From Octopus vulgaris (lineage: Eukaryota): a DNA stretch of 64,000 bases. This document shows, one piece after another, positions 13,111 through 26,950 of this stretch. A program made the translations under genes and the position numbers. Within the stretch, counting starts at the first letter, position 1. The number at the start of each line of letters is the position of its first letter. Location: assembly GCA_951406725.2 (NCBI GenBank), contig OX597830.1:5022001-5086000 (forward strand), read 5' to 3'. Under the pieces are notes generated by a model. The model was given only the letters and a program-made list of their open reading frames with translations, was not told the origin of the DNA and made no database searches.

Positions 13111-14427
13111 CATTATTATTATTATTATTATTATTTGGAAATAAATGAAAAGAGACAATGGATGTGAGGTTGAAGCATTAAAGTATGGAGTATAGGTTAA
13201 TGAGTTCAAGCCCTATAATTTCACAGACCCCATTGTCAGTGTTAAGTGATCATATTACTGGCAAGTTCAAGTTACTTGCATGTTTAAGAACAGGTCATCA
13301 AGTATTATAAGAATGCTGCAATTAATAATTAGCTCGTTAATGCCAGATGTATCTTAACTAACCACAAACTCATTGCCACAATATTTTATTATTTCACTGC
13401 CATGATGAAAAACTTCAACACAAAACCACACACTAACAACCAGAGAATGTAACTACAGGCAACCAATGAAAATTTCTGTGTATCTGCAAATGTTGTTAGA
13501 AACTATGACTAAAATTGATACATCAGACACACAGACATGACACTTTCTCATTGGTTGACCATGCATCTCCAATAAGGTACCACTGCAACTTTTCATATTG
13601 CAGTACACCTAGTGGCATTTGCAACCAATATAAATGAGATGGGGGGGGGAGATAATCTCAAGGAATCAACAATCTCCTGAATTAAGATGCCATTAAGTAA
13701 AAGACATTGTTTTACCTGGAGACAAAAGGATAATCCATAAGCATATTTCTGCCTCAATATGCATCATCAGCACAGAACTGTCTTACATCGCATATCTTGT
13801 TCCTCTTACACCTCTCAACTAATCTGTAACTCTACATTCTTGCTCATTTACATTACACATCCAGCATGGCAGGATTCCTTTCTTTCCAGTCTTCAAATGT
13901 CTACATTCATTATCCAGCCTGCACTACCACAATGCATCACAGTTCTTACTCAAACATCATACCATCTGCCTTTCACTCACTACCACCACCATCCCACCCA
14001 GCATAGAGATACCAGCTCCCTGAACTTTTTCCACTTTGTTCTCATTCTGGCTACTCTGTTTTCAGAGCACCCTCTCCACTTTTGAATAGGCCACCTAGGT
14101 CGTCACTACAACCAGCCAACTACTTTTAGGAAACAACCAAATATTAAAAAGAACTTATTTTATTGCCCCATACAAAATCTTTATTCCCAGCCAGCCTGTC
14201 TGTGATTCCAGTGTGCTTTTAGTGTCCCTGTTGATCATATAAACTATTATGTATAGATTTATTCCAGTCACTTATATGGATTCTTTTTTATTTGTCAAAT
14301 TTTATATTTCTAAGTAAATAATGTTCTTGAAACTTGACTTTCAATATATGATGAAATTTTTTACTCTTAAAATATTGTTATAGTTTGAGCTTTATAATGG
14401 TGACTCATATTTTTTCATTCCTTTTAG

Positions 14428-14757
14428 GTAAAAGCAAGTATAATTCAGAATGCAAGAACCGTGAGAGATATCCTCGCTATCAGAGAAGGCACTGTCAATG
14501 TGATCCATTTCAGCCAGTAGTTATTGGTAATCAATCAGACTGCATAATCGAAGAACCAGTAAGAACCACCCCGGTAGATAAAGTTGACACATCACAGCTT
14601 TTCTCTCCATTTTCTCCTCAAGGGCCAGAGATGCAATCAACAACTGATGAAGAATCTTTGCAACAATCTGACTGTGGAGAGGGAAAAGCTTACAAAGCAT
14701 TACTATGTCTCAACAGTAATAACATTTTGAAAGGAACTTCCCAGTGTTCCCATGCAG
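14428..14757 (+). CDS. THSD7A: THSD7-like exon B, phase 1-1
   Basis: Acceptor tttttcattccttttag, donor cag|gtttgc, 330 nt: (S)KSKYNSECKNRERYPRYQRRHCQCDPFQPVVIGNQSDC...CGEGKAYKALLCLNSNNILKGTSQCSHA. Matches THSD7A KSKKKEKCKN..YP....CPCD...VGNWSDC...CGQG as recalled. Confidence 0.88.
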
Positions 14758-17629
14758 GTTTGCTTCCATATTTTGACTCATTCTTTCCTTTTCCTGCTCT
14801 TTTATATCCATTTAAAGCTGACGAAAATATTAAACATAAATGGTGTATGGAATGTTGAAATTTCAGTTCCATTCAATGGTTCTAAACATATGTTCTCTAT
14901 TGTTTGCATTTAATCTCGTTTGTATATTAATCTAAGTCCTCGCAGACTGAATGATAAAAGTTTACATATGAAATATCAATTTAACAATATTACTTAGCAC
15001 TTGTCCCTCCTTTAAAATACACACATACAGTTGACATCTCAAATTATTAAAATATAATTATATCTTAATATATGTATATATACAATATATTAACTTCAGA
15101 GATGACCAGATACGTTTAAATGCAATGATGTTCTAAGCTGTTTTTAGCATTCTACTTAAAAGAGATCAGAGAAACTTAGACTTTGCATAGACATTTCGGG
15201 CAGAGTTTGCATTTGCACATAGTAGGAAAATAACACAATTTACAAAGTAAACATTGCATATACATATGCACATTTAAATATAAAATGTGCATCAGTAGTG
15301 TGTGTGTGTGCATGTGTAAAATCTCAGCTCATCACCACTATTTGCATATATAATTTTAGAGGGAGAGAGATAGTTAAACAGCTATAAGCATAAGAGCTAA
15401 TGATGTGTAAAAACCTACATCTTTATACAAATTAATCAATATCTTTGCGGAATGTAAACATCGTTTTTTTACTTTGAAGTAAAGCAAAATCTAATATCGC
15501 AATTTTATGCAATAACTTGCAACAAGTGAGTGCAGATTTGTTTATTCTGCATAAATCAGTTCACAATTATACTCATTTGTATATAACAGTTTTAAACATA
15601 CTTCAGTTAAAAGTATTTATACAACTAAAAGTTATTTTTTAAATAGACTAAGTATCAAATGGAATACTTTATTAAAATATCTGGCATTGTATATAATTTG
15701 AAGATCCATTGAAGTCTGTTTTCGATAATACATTTTCAATCTCATAAAATGTAGAATATTTATTTTAGTTTTTCAGCAACACAACTATTTCTTTCCTTTT
15801 ATCACTTTTCTAAAAGACAATCTGATTATATATTGAACTAATGTTTGACTTTATATTCATTTAAAAAGGTTAAACATCAAATAAAGCATATTTCAAAACT
15901 AATTTTAATAAGTGTACAGCTTATGATACTTTTCAAAATGTTTTTTATACCAAAAGTAGTTTGTACATATTTACTAAATTGGATATAAACTTAAAATGTA
16001 ACGACAGTCTATACTTGATTGCTAGTAGAGTGACTAACTAGAGCTGGATAGCAAATAAATGATCTGGGGAATAAAATTTTAAATATTTTGTAGGAGTGAG
16101 TCATATTTGCAGTTATAATGATAATATTCATCTTGAGTGATAATCATGTCATCAGTGATGTGTGAGAAACTTTTAATTATGTAATGAAATGTAATTAGTT
16201 CAGTCATTACAACCCTACAATTGTCCACAGGTGTAGCATATTAAATGGAAGGGCTGATTTCAATGGACATTAGAAAGATAAAAAAATTACTGTTGAAGTT
16301 AGTCAAGTTTGACTCAGTCTAAAGCAAGAAAAAGTCTTGGCCTAAATAAGATAAACCTAACCTTGAAATTTTATAGGGGTTAAGCAGTAAATTAATCTCC
16401 TTAAGCTGTAAAGTTTAAGAGGTACCTTTATTTTGGAAGTAAAATATACAACCAAACACTTCAGGTAATACTCAACAAGGCAGAAGTTGAACAAAAGCAA
16501 TAAGACAGAAAAAAACAAAACTTTTTACAATGTAAAATTAACACCAAATTATCATGAATTTTCACTGGTCAATTTGGCAAGATATGGCTGACAAATACAT
16601 TATATATTTGCTCATTATTATTTCTAAATCTTTTCCAGCTGGGATGGGCTGAATAAGACATTTAGACGTAGCATTACACCTGATGCTAGCACTGTTGGTT
16701 GCTTTTCAAGACACATTGAAGCACAGTGGTCATGTGTGTGTGTGTGATACACAAGAGGTATAGTGAAGTCAGAGGCAGCTGTGTGAAGACAAACAACAAA
16801 TCTCTAACACCAGGGGCTCTCTTTGGAAGCTGTTGATAATTTCTATTATGTAGGGGCCTAATGAAGTGTAGCTGATGTTCTAAAAGCATAGCTAGAGTAA
16901 AAAAAACAAGTTGTAAAAAAGCTATTACCTATTATCATGTCTTTATATCCTCCTGAGCCTTCAAACCCTCACATCTCCCCCATATCTCTCCAACCCATTC
17001 AACATATTCTATCCTTTCTTATCACCTCACCAAATTCTCCCCCTCATAAGTGATAGGAAAACAATCTGTGCATATTGAATATCCACTAAACTCTCCCTGC
17101 CACCACACATATCTAGCCACTCCTCCTTCATCTCGTCTCCTTCCAAAATCCTGATGGTTGACTTGCAAGAGATTGCACCCTAGCAACCTTTACCTACCAC
17201 CCTGGATTCTTCTGACACTTTGTTCCCTTGGATGTACTTCCTTGAAGAGACACTCTGCTTTCTAATCCTCGCCTTATCTCTCCTTTCTGCACCACTCTAC
17301 CCACCCATGATGTAACATGGCATTTCCTCTTCCTTAACCCACCCCTACCACTCTCCAACTTTCTCACTAATTCTTCTCTTTCTATTCCTTCTCTTTCCCC
17401 TCTCTCTAACGCTGTCTCTTAGTTTTCCCATTACTCTCTTTTCTCAGCAATAAACCTGGTAACTCTAATAAGAACTTGGATCTTTAAAAAATGTCCTGCA
17501 AGCATGGAAATCAAACCTATCCCCTCTATCATTGGGGTCCAACAATTCAACCCACCCCATCCTTTTTAACCCTAACCCACCCTTTCTTAACCCTTCTCCA
17601 GTCTCCTCCATTATTTCCCCTTGACATTC

Positions 17630-17997
17630 TATTTCTTTACTACCCACAAGGGGCTAAACACAGAGAGGACAAACAAGGACAGACAAACGGATTAAGTCGA
17701 TTATATAGCTGGTACTTAATTTATCGACCCCGAAAGGATGAAAGGCAAAGTTGACCTCGGCAGAATTTGAACTCAGAACGTAATGGCAGACGAAATACCA
17801 CTAAGCGTTTCGCCCGGCGTGCTAACGTTTCTGCCAGCTTGCCACCTTACTTTTTCTTGTCCCTCCCCCTGCCGGAGCCTCGTGGAGTTTTAGGTATTTT
17901 CGCTCAATAAACACTCACAACACCTAGTCTGGGAATCGAAACCACGATCCTACAACCATGAGTCCGCTGCTCTAACCACTAGGCCATTGCGCCTCCA
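17630..17997 (-). mobile_element. SINE family 2 copy (17630-17848) next to a different tRNA-like SINE head (17868-17997)
   Basis: The second head reads tggaggcgcaatggcctagtggttagagcagcggactc...ggtttcgattccc on the minus strand. Confidence 0.75.
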
Positions 17998-19307
17998 TCA
18001 TTCGTTTCCTTGTTACTCTGTTACTGTTTCTTCCATCATACATTAACTTATACTCTTTCCCCACTGTCAGCAACATGTGACCCCCATGTCAAACTCTCTA
18101 ACCCATGTCGACATGGAAAACACCAGTACAATGGGGATGGTTTTATATAAATATATGCAATTTTATATGTATATGCATATAAATGAGAGAGTGTGTGTGT
18201 GTGTCCCCTTTAATGCATGGGGCTCAATCAAGTAATGGGAGACAACTTACTACTGTTCATACAACAATAATAATAAAAAGTGGAAACTGTTCGGAATGTT
18301 GCATCTTATCCAGGAGATAACTATTGGGTTTACTTATATTCATTGGTATGGGTGTAGTCTTTCGCTTGTACCTGCCCAGTTGTTGGGGTTTTGCCTTTAC
18401 TGTTTGGCTATTAGTTTTCTGCCTTGTCAGTTTTTTCTCTTTTTGTAGAATGGTGATATTCAATGTTTGTGGTGGGGATGGGATGTAATTTTAATTTGCT
18501 TTTTTTATTGTTTTGTTGGGGTTAGGACAGTGGGGTGGTTATTGTTGTTTATGGGAGTGCTTAAGAAAACTATTAGGATAAATAAAATGGTTAGATAGAC
18601 AAGTGCAGATAAATAGGTAGAATGAGAGATAAAATTATGAATACAAGAAAGTTTAAAAAAGGAAATGTGGGGTTTTATTGAAGAAATATATTAGGATATA
18701 GGTTGGTTGACAGGGAAAAGGTTGTTATGGAAACAGATAGGTAAGTGGAAGTTTATGAAATCAAAAGGAAGATATTGAAAGCTGGATTATAAATGCAAAA
18801 TGACAAGAACACAACTACTTAAATTCTTTTAAAAATTCCATAAATTCATGAAATTATCTGAAAGTCAATCTACCAATTTATGTCTCTAAATGTCTGTCTT
18901 TTTACAACTATTGGCAATGTTTGGTAGGATACTCATAACGAAAACTCTCATTCATGCATTTGTTTTAACATCTGTTTTACTAGTATAGGTTGGAACCCCT
19001 ATTGAGGCAACATTTTACAGCTGGATGCCCTTTCTGGTGCAATCGCCTGTTTTTGAAGGAAGGGATTTCTTTCCCTACTGCAGATCAACCAGTTGCAACA
19101 TCAACATTTGCAGGCACATACAACACACAAATGTGCATGCACGTGTATGTGACTGGATCTCATGGTTTCACAAGGAATTTATTAGTGGTTGTAGAAGTAG
19201 ATACTTGTCTAGGATGTTTTGCAATGTGCTTGAGCCTGAAATCATGTCATTGCAAAGAGATCTTCTTAGCAAAGAACCAGACATACATGTATGTAGATAT
19301 GTATGTA

Positions 19308-19340
<33 letters not shown>

Positions 19341-19364
19341 CGCGTGCGTGCATGTATGTATGTA

Positions 19365-19418
<54 letters not shown>

Positions 19419-19577
19419 GAAACATACAATCATCACCAAATGTGACTAAAGATGCTGAAGCACCAATATTGCTAGAAATAACAGTTAAAATACTCATAGC
19501 TGTAAGAAGAGCAAAAATATATACACTGACAGGGGAGGTAACCACTCCATGAGTGTCGAAGATCAACCAGACTAGAG

Positions 19578-19620
<43 letters not shown>

Positions 19621-22599
19621 GTATACATACATATATACACATACACATGTATACAACATACATACATATACACACATACATACATATCCACACATATGTA
19701 TATATATCTATATATATATATATCTGACAGACATATAAAACAAAGTGAAGCCAAATAAGTTATATTTAGTAAATAATTATTTGTATATGAAATTTGAAAT
19801 ATTTGCAATGTGGAAGTGAATATCAGATGAGCTGCATGAATATAAAATTATGTAGGAAGTTAACACAAGATAATGTTAATGAACATAAAAATGAAACAGC
19901 TTTATAAGTTATGTGTAATATAAGTCAAGCAAAATATAATTTAGATGCATAAAACATTAATAAACAATTTGTTTTATTTTTCAAAATTAATTTGAAGGCT
20001 CGTGTAATTTGTTTTCCAATTTAATATTGATACATGATTTTTAAGAGTTCTCCTTCATCTGGAAATATCTCATTTTAATTTATTAGAATCATTTCCAAAA
20101 ACATCATCACTGATGTGACTTTTTGCCATTTATTTTTTTATCTAATTAATAGGTCCACAAAATCCATGCTGCACATTTCAGTGTAAGTCTACCGTTGCCA
20201 AAAGATATCCTCCAATTCTTAATCAGTTTCCAAATAATTTCTAGCTTTCCTTTAATATCTCTCTGCTTAATAATTGTAATATTTTCTTCTGCAATTTTTG
20301 GTAACACCAGAGGAAACAAAGGATGCAAAATGTTTCTCCCCTTCTTTCCCTTGTAGTCAAGAATATTCTAACTTTATAAATCAAGTTTTCCTTTTTATCC
20401 TTATTTTATTTATTTATTTTGGTGTAAGAAAATTTGGATCTTGGATTAACATTAAATGCATGCTCTTACTAAATTATTCTTTAATTCTCTTTTTTTTATT
20501 CAATTTTATTTTTGTTGTTTTCCATAACAAGGTGAAATAACTTTTCAAAATCATGCAAGTACCCAGTACTCAGTTTTAATCATTCATTCTTTCATTCATA
20601 TGACACCCACTTTTCCACCTTGGCAGGGTTCAGATGAAAATGTTATTGAGGTATTGTTTTACAGCCAAATGTCCTTTCTGATGTCCACCTTTACTGGCTT
20701 TTAATAAAGGATCTCTTATTTCAAATGGTCTTGAAGGCACAAAGCATGCAAACAAGTTATTGACAAGAAAACAACACTGCCTCAACCTCATAACTTTTGA
20801 ATAAACAAGTGCAGTCATACACAAACACACCCATACACATAAGGGGACTCCTCTTGAATTTCCATCAAATTCACTCTCAAGGCTTCTGTCGGCCAGGACT
20901 ATGGCAGAAGACACCAAAATGTGGGATTGAACCTGAGACAATGCAATTAAGAAGTGAACTTCTTAACCACACAGCCATGCCTGTATCTATTTTTTTTTTA
21001 TCCTTTTTCTTTTACTTGTTTGAGTCATTAGACCACGGCCATGCTGGGGCACTGCATCAAAGAATAATTGTTTACTTAACTGAATTGACTGTAGTACTTA
21101 AATTTTTAAAGCATGATACTTATTCTATCGGTCTCTTTTGCCAAACTGCTAAGTTACAGGGATGTAAACAAACCAGCACCAGTTGTCAAGCAGTGGTGGG
21201 GGGACAAACGCACACAGACATATATACACAATGGTTTCCTTTTAATTTCCATCTACCAAATCCACTCACAAAGCATTGGTTGGCCTGAGGCTATAGCAGA
21301 AGACACTTCTCCAGGTAGCCATGCAGTGGAACTGAACATGGGACCATGTGATTGGGAAGCAAGCTTCTTATCACAAACCACACCAGCACCTCTCATTCAA
21401 CATAACTCATTAACATTCTGATTACTCTATCAAATGTGATACTTATTTACTCCCATAGTTTCCAGTTAGACTTGCATTATCTCATAGTGTCAAGATTTCA
21501 ATGATATGACTATTTTGGGACTGACATTGTTGCGTAGGCGTAAGAGCTCAGAACTGGCTTCTTTGAAAATAAAACAGAATAATTTAGTTTAAAAGGTAAA
21601 GGGTTAAAGAAACATTCTTTAAATTCAGTCAAGCATGTTAGGAAGCCAATCTGAAAATATTAAGTAAATGAAAAAACTTCACCATACACACTATCATATT
21701 GACGAACATTTCAATAGTAGCAACCTAAATATCATGACAAAGTAGAATAATATTACTATCTTAATAGTGTCCTAAGATTTCTCTTAATTCTCATGAATAT
21801 ATCATATATATATGTGTGTGTGTGTATATATATATATACATATATATATTATATGTATGTATGTATATATTTCACACACAAATCTAAAGCTGATGTATTT
21901 TAATTTTAATAACTTAAACAGATTTGAAAGTAACTCATACCACCACTATAGAACAACCTGTGTAAGTTTCTGTCTCTAATCTATGATCCATACATATTTA
22001 TTAAGAAATGTTATTCATTTTAAAAATATCATTACACAAAACATAGGAGATAGCTGAAAATTCTTTTCAGTTTTACTACAGAGCTGTGAATTATATTAGT
22101 TCATATGACTAGACATTGCCATTACATTCCTTAAAGTAAAGTTTTTATTATCTCATGTTGTTGGAGAAGTCTTCTTACTTCAAGCATAGTGAAAAGTATT
22201 AGCTTCTATCAAGCTATATCATAGCAATGAATCACAAATAGTAAACTCACACCACATGGCTCACAGCAGAACATGCATGAACCTGGAATATTCTTTTCTA
22301 AATACTCCAGATGGGTTGAAAGGCCCAGATATGGCTGTGTGTATATTTAAGAAGTTTGCTTTACAACAATGGTTTCCGGTTCAGTCCCACTGCTTGGTAT
22401 ATTGGTCAACTAATGCTTTATATATATATATATACATATATATATTGTATGTATGTGTGTATATATATATCTATATATCTATATATATGTACATATATAT
22501 ATTATATGTATGTATGCGTATGTATATATTTCATGTAGTTTATTGCCTTTAGGACAACAACTGTTCAAAATACAAACTGTAAATAACAAAACACAGCTT

Positions 22600-23090
22600 G
22601 CTTAGGTTGTACTTCCCAGAACAAATGGAGTGTTCAGCCATGCCTCGGAGACATGATTGCAAATGTGTCAATGCAAAGAATGGCAAGTGACACTTGCTGA
22701 AACACCCCACCCTGCCTCGCAGGTCTCATTTCTGAGATGGGCCACAGTTATCCCAACTTTGAGGAGGAAAGCAGCAGAGACTGTGATTGATACAAACAAA
22801 TAGTGGTCGGTCAGTCTCTTGTATTTGTATATCTTCTCCCTCGCATAATAAACAGAAATACCCAGGTTCGTAGCCAATGCAGCAAAGTTGGGGCCAGAGA
22901 ATATGTTGCAGCACATCACCTCCCAGATTAGGGATTTTTGTCTCTCATATAGGAAGAGTGTCATTCCATAGGGGCACTTACCATTCCTATAGCCAAGACC
23001 TACTGGCTCCAGTTGTGATGGAAACCCAGCCAATTCGAGGCCCTTTCTAAATATGACATTCAGGGCAGGGGAGCTGGCCCACACTATAGC
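22600..23090 (-). mobile_element. Degraded non-LTR fragment with restriction-like endonuclease domain (CRE-like)
   Basis: LEPVGLGYRNGKCPYGMTLFLYERQKSLIWEVMC...EKIYKYKRLTDHYLFVSITV resembles the EPxGLxRxDGKRPDGxT..WDxTC..KxxKY..F.P.AVE pattern. Confidence 0.6.
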
Positions 23091-26000
23091 TGCAGGATAA
23101 TGGATGCTTTGTAAGTGAATTTGATAGACAGAAACTCTAGTAAGTTCATCACATGTCTGTGTTTACATGTTTGTTTTTATTGGCACTATTCTGAAAATCA
23201 CTGAACTACAAGTAGTAATACTATTCTTGTTTTACATGACAACAAATTATCTACAGCCTCTACTCTTTCATAGACATGGAATAAGAGACTGATTACTTGA
23301 AAAACAGATATGGATTAGTGAAAGGAAGGATATTCCAATGTAAAACAATGCCTCAATCAATGATCATCAAACCCATTGAAAAACTGGAGTAACAACAAAC
23401 AAAAATTCTCTTCAAGCATCTCTTACACTCAATCTCAGAATATTTTAAAGCATTTACTTAGCATTGATATTTTTAACAAACAGTTTATGATCAAAATTAT
23501 AGATTTCTAATTGATCAACTTTATTTTGTTAGAGATGAAAAACTTATGCAGCTAGTTCTTTTCATGGCAGTTTTTAATCATAATATTGAGAACAGATATT
23601 CAGAAACAAAAAGATAAAAAAATGTATGAAATTATAATGTAAGAAATTAATGCAAAACATGTTCATGTTAAAAATGACATTTTATAATTGATGCCAAGAA
23701 AACTGATACTGCAGCTCTAGTTAATGCCCTAGCTAGCAGAATTAGTCTGCTGAGCAAAATGCTTAGCGGCATTTCGCCTGAGTTCAAGTATTGCCAGGGA
23801 TGACTTTGCTTTTCACCCTTTCATGGCTGATAAAATAAGTACAAGTTGAGCACTGGGATCATTTTAATCGACTTATCCCTTCCACTAAGGTCACTGGTCT
23901 GGTGCCAACATTTGAAACCAATAACATAATCTACTCAAAATTTTCTACAGCATTTATATACTTATGAAAGCAAGTGTATAAACCACGAAGAGACACTCTC
24001 TCTGGTCATGCTCCACGTGCTGCTAAATCTTGCTTATATTACACCCTAATGTTTTAAGCAACCCATTGTTAATTGATATACCTTATCTGACTAAAAAGAT
24101 AGTCAGGGTTTCAAGTTTCTAATCATATATTTGTTAAATCAGAGACAGCCTGGATGAAACAATAACAAATAACTGTGGTTGTTGTAAAATTATTATCCAA
24201 TGAAAATAATTGTAATTTAGATCTAACACAAGAGGTTTTAGAACAGTAGCTGTCAGGAAATACTAGACATTTGTGCCTTGAACTCCTCATGGTACTGTCA
24301 AGGCATATGTACTAGGCACTCCTTGGGGTGCTGTCAAGGCATATGTAATAGACACCTAGACTTGGAGTCCATTTCCCTCCAGGTCTGACCACAGAAAAGG
24401 GAGAGGAATGGAGAGTAAGAAGTAGTGACAGACAAAGAATACACTGGCTAAGTTACAATTCAAAGAAGTTGAAAATTATTTCAATATATAACAAAGTATT
24501 TTAACAAATGACAGAGCATATTCCCAGTGGTTGAGGGCCTTCATTGGTGAAACCTGCCCTTAAATACTCAAGCCTGCACAAAATTTCTTGAGAGAAGACT
24601 GACATTTGGTCATGCATGCAACTCTTCTTTTTCCATGGAACCACTCTTACCCAAGGAAAAGGTCTCCGATTTGGGCCAAAACTTTGGCATTGCTGTCAAA
24701 ATGCAAAAAGCCAAAACAGATACTGCAAGGATTCTGAGTGGCCCTCTTACTGTTCTGTTAATCCCACAGACTGGATTCTTTTTTTTTTTTCTTTTTTTTT
24801 TATCAATCTTGAAATGAAGAAAAGCAAAGTTGACTTTACTGAAATTTAAGCTTAAAATGTAGAGACAGAATAAACACTGCAAAGTATTCTATCTACCCTT
24901 TATCAATTCTGCTGATTCACAAAGTGTTTCCCAGAGTACTGGAACATGCTGAAAGTAGAATATAAATTTTACTGGAGCCTTAATGGACAATGAACGAGAA
25001 TGAGTTACTGGGATGTGTAACTACGTAACCAGTCCTCAATAAAACATGTTGGATTTAGGATGAAATATGGAAATATACTGAGCTTCAAAATGTGCACCTC
25101 AATCCTTTACCATTTAAACTGGCCATATCTATCTGTTTTATATCTAAAATGTTAAAATCTAGCCACTTACAGATACCCTACAATGTCACTCTAAAGATAT
25201 GCAACCACATCATCAGAACCTCAAAGGTACAAGATAATGCACGATTAATTCAAAACAATGTGAATTCATAAATATAAAATTTGACAGAGTAATCTGTATG
25301 CTAAAAGGTTAATATTAAAGTAACTACATGTGTCTCTCATAAACTTTCAGTGGTGCCATTTATAAACTATTTCTTCAATTTTTTACCCAAATTTTTGAAA
25401 AAGTTAATTCCTAATAAGATTGCAGTGATCAGAGATCAAGAGTAATCTAGTATTTACAGTATTTTGATAAACGACAATATACTATATCAATGTCACGAGA
25501 CTGCCCCACTCATCACTTCCATCTTCAAGAGTATCTCTATTATTCATCCCTGTTATCTAACCTATTTGTTTTCCTTCTTACAATTTATTTGTTTTGAAGT
25601 TTGTATTCAATCCATTTGTTTTAGATTTTTTTTTGTTTTCTGAAAAACAGTTGTTTTGTTTGTTTTTATGAACGCAGTCCCCTTTTTGTAGCAGCTCAAT
25701 AAATATCTTCATTGTCTGTGATGATAGTTATGGAAACATTATCATAGAAAGGTTTTGTAAATAGAAAATTATGATTAAATATAAAACAATAGTTAAAAGT
25801 TAAATATGCATGAAAAATTATGCATTCTTTGTAATTTGGTAATTTATTTTGTTATTTCATTTATATTATTTCAGTTATTTAAATTTTTTTCTCCATTTAA
25901 AATAAGTGTAGATATGAGATAGATATGCCTCTCTCATGTGTTAGGCTATATGTATTAATTTAGATCTGCATAATAAATCAGTCCATTTAGAATGCTAATA

Positions 26001-26649
26001 TTTCATTGTTTTCTTTTAAGTGCATGTTGCATTTTTTATGTTCCACCTAAACATAGTTATCACAATTATTCACCGACTCCAAAAAAAATCAACAAAAATT
26101 ATAAAAAATCTTTTCCCCAGATCTATGCTACATTTTCCTAGATGTATCTGTAAATATTTTTAAAGATCTATTATGGTTTTTCATTAAATCAGTAATTAGA
26201 GTAATACTGTTATTGAATTCTTCACTGATCTGTAAATATACAGTTTCAATAATATAATTAGACATTTTACTAGAGTTAAGAATTGTTATTCAGAAACCTA
26301 TTAATTTCTGAAGGAATGAGTATAGGGTGAGATTTTTGAAATGTCTAATTAATAAAAATTCTGACTTTTCAAAACCTTACTGCTACATACTGCAGAGTAG
26401 CAAGTAGAAAGACATTTCATTCCATATATAGTTTATTTTATTCAAGAAATATCAACTAACACTAACAATTATGTTTCATTGTGTAAAGAATGCAGCACAT
26501 TTGGATACTCATCATGATAAAGAGTATTAATTTTAGTACAGGAGGGTGAGGTATGATTAAAAAGCTAGCCAAAAGAAATCATAAAGTGAGGAAAAAAAAA
26601 CTGATGCGATTGCCTATTATTATTATTATTATTAATAATAATAATAATA

Positions 26650-26719
<70 letters not shown>

Positions 26720-26950
26720 TGCCGCGAGCTGGCAGAATCATTAGCACGCCGGATGAAATGTGTAGCCGTATTTCATTTGTCGTTACGTTCTGAGTTCAAA
26801 TTCCGCCAAGGTCGACTTTGCCTTTCATCCTTTTGGGGTCGATAAATTAAGTACCAGTTATACACTGGGGTCGATATAATTGACTTAATCCATTTGTCTG
26901 TCCTTGCTTGTCCTCTCTGTGTTTAGCCCCTTGTGGGTAGCAAAGAAATA
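26720..26950 (+). mobile_element. SINE family 2 (core gcctttcatcctttcggggtcgataaat, Deu/Nin-domain-like)
   Basis: Near-identical to 54348-54580(+) and 17630-17848(-). Older copies at ~9595-9800, 10876-11050, 11110-11300, 23730-23920, 33490-33640, 40660-40820, 43275-43420. The domain name is from recall. Confidence 0.82.
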
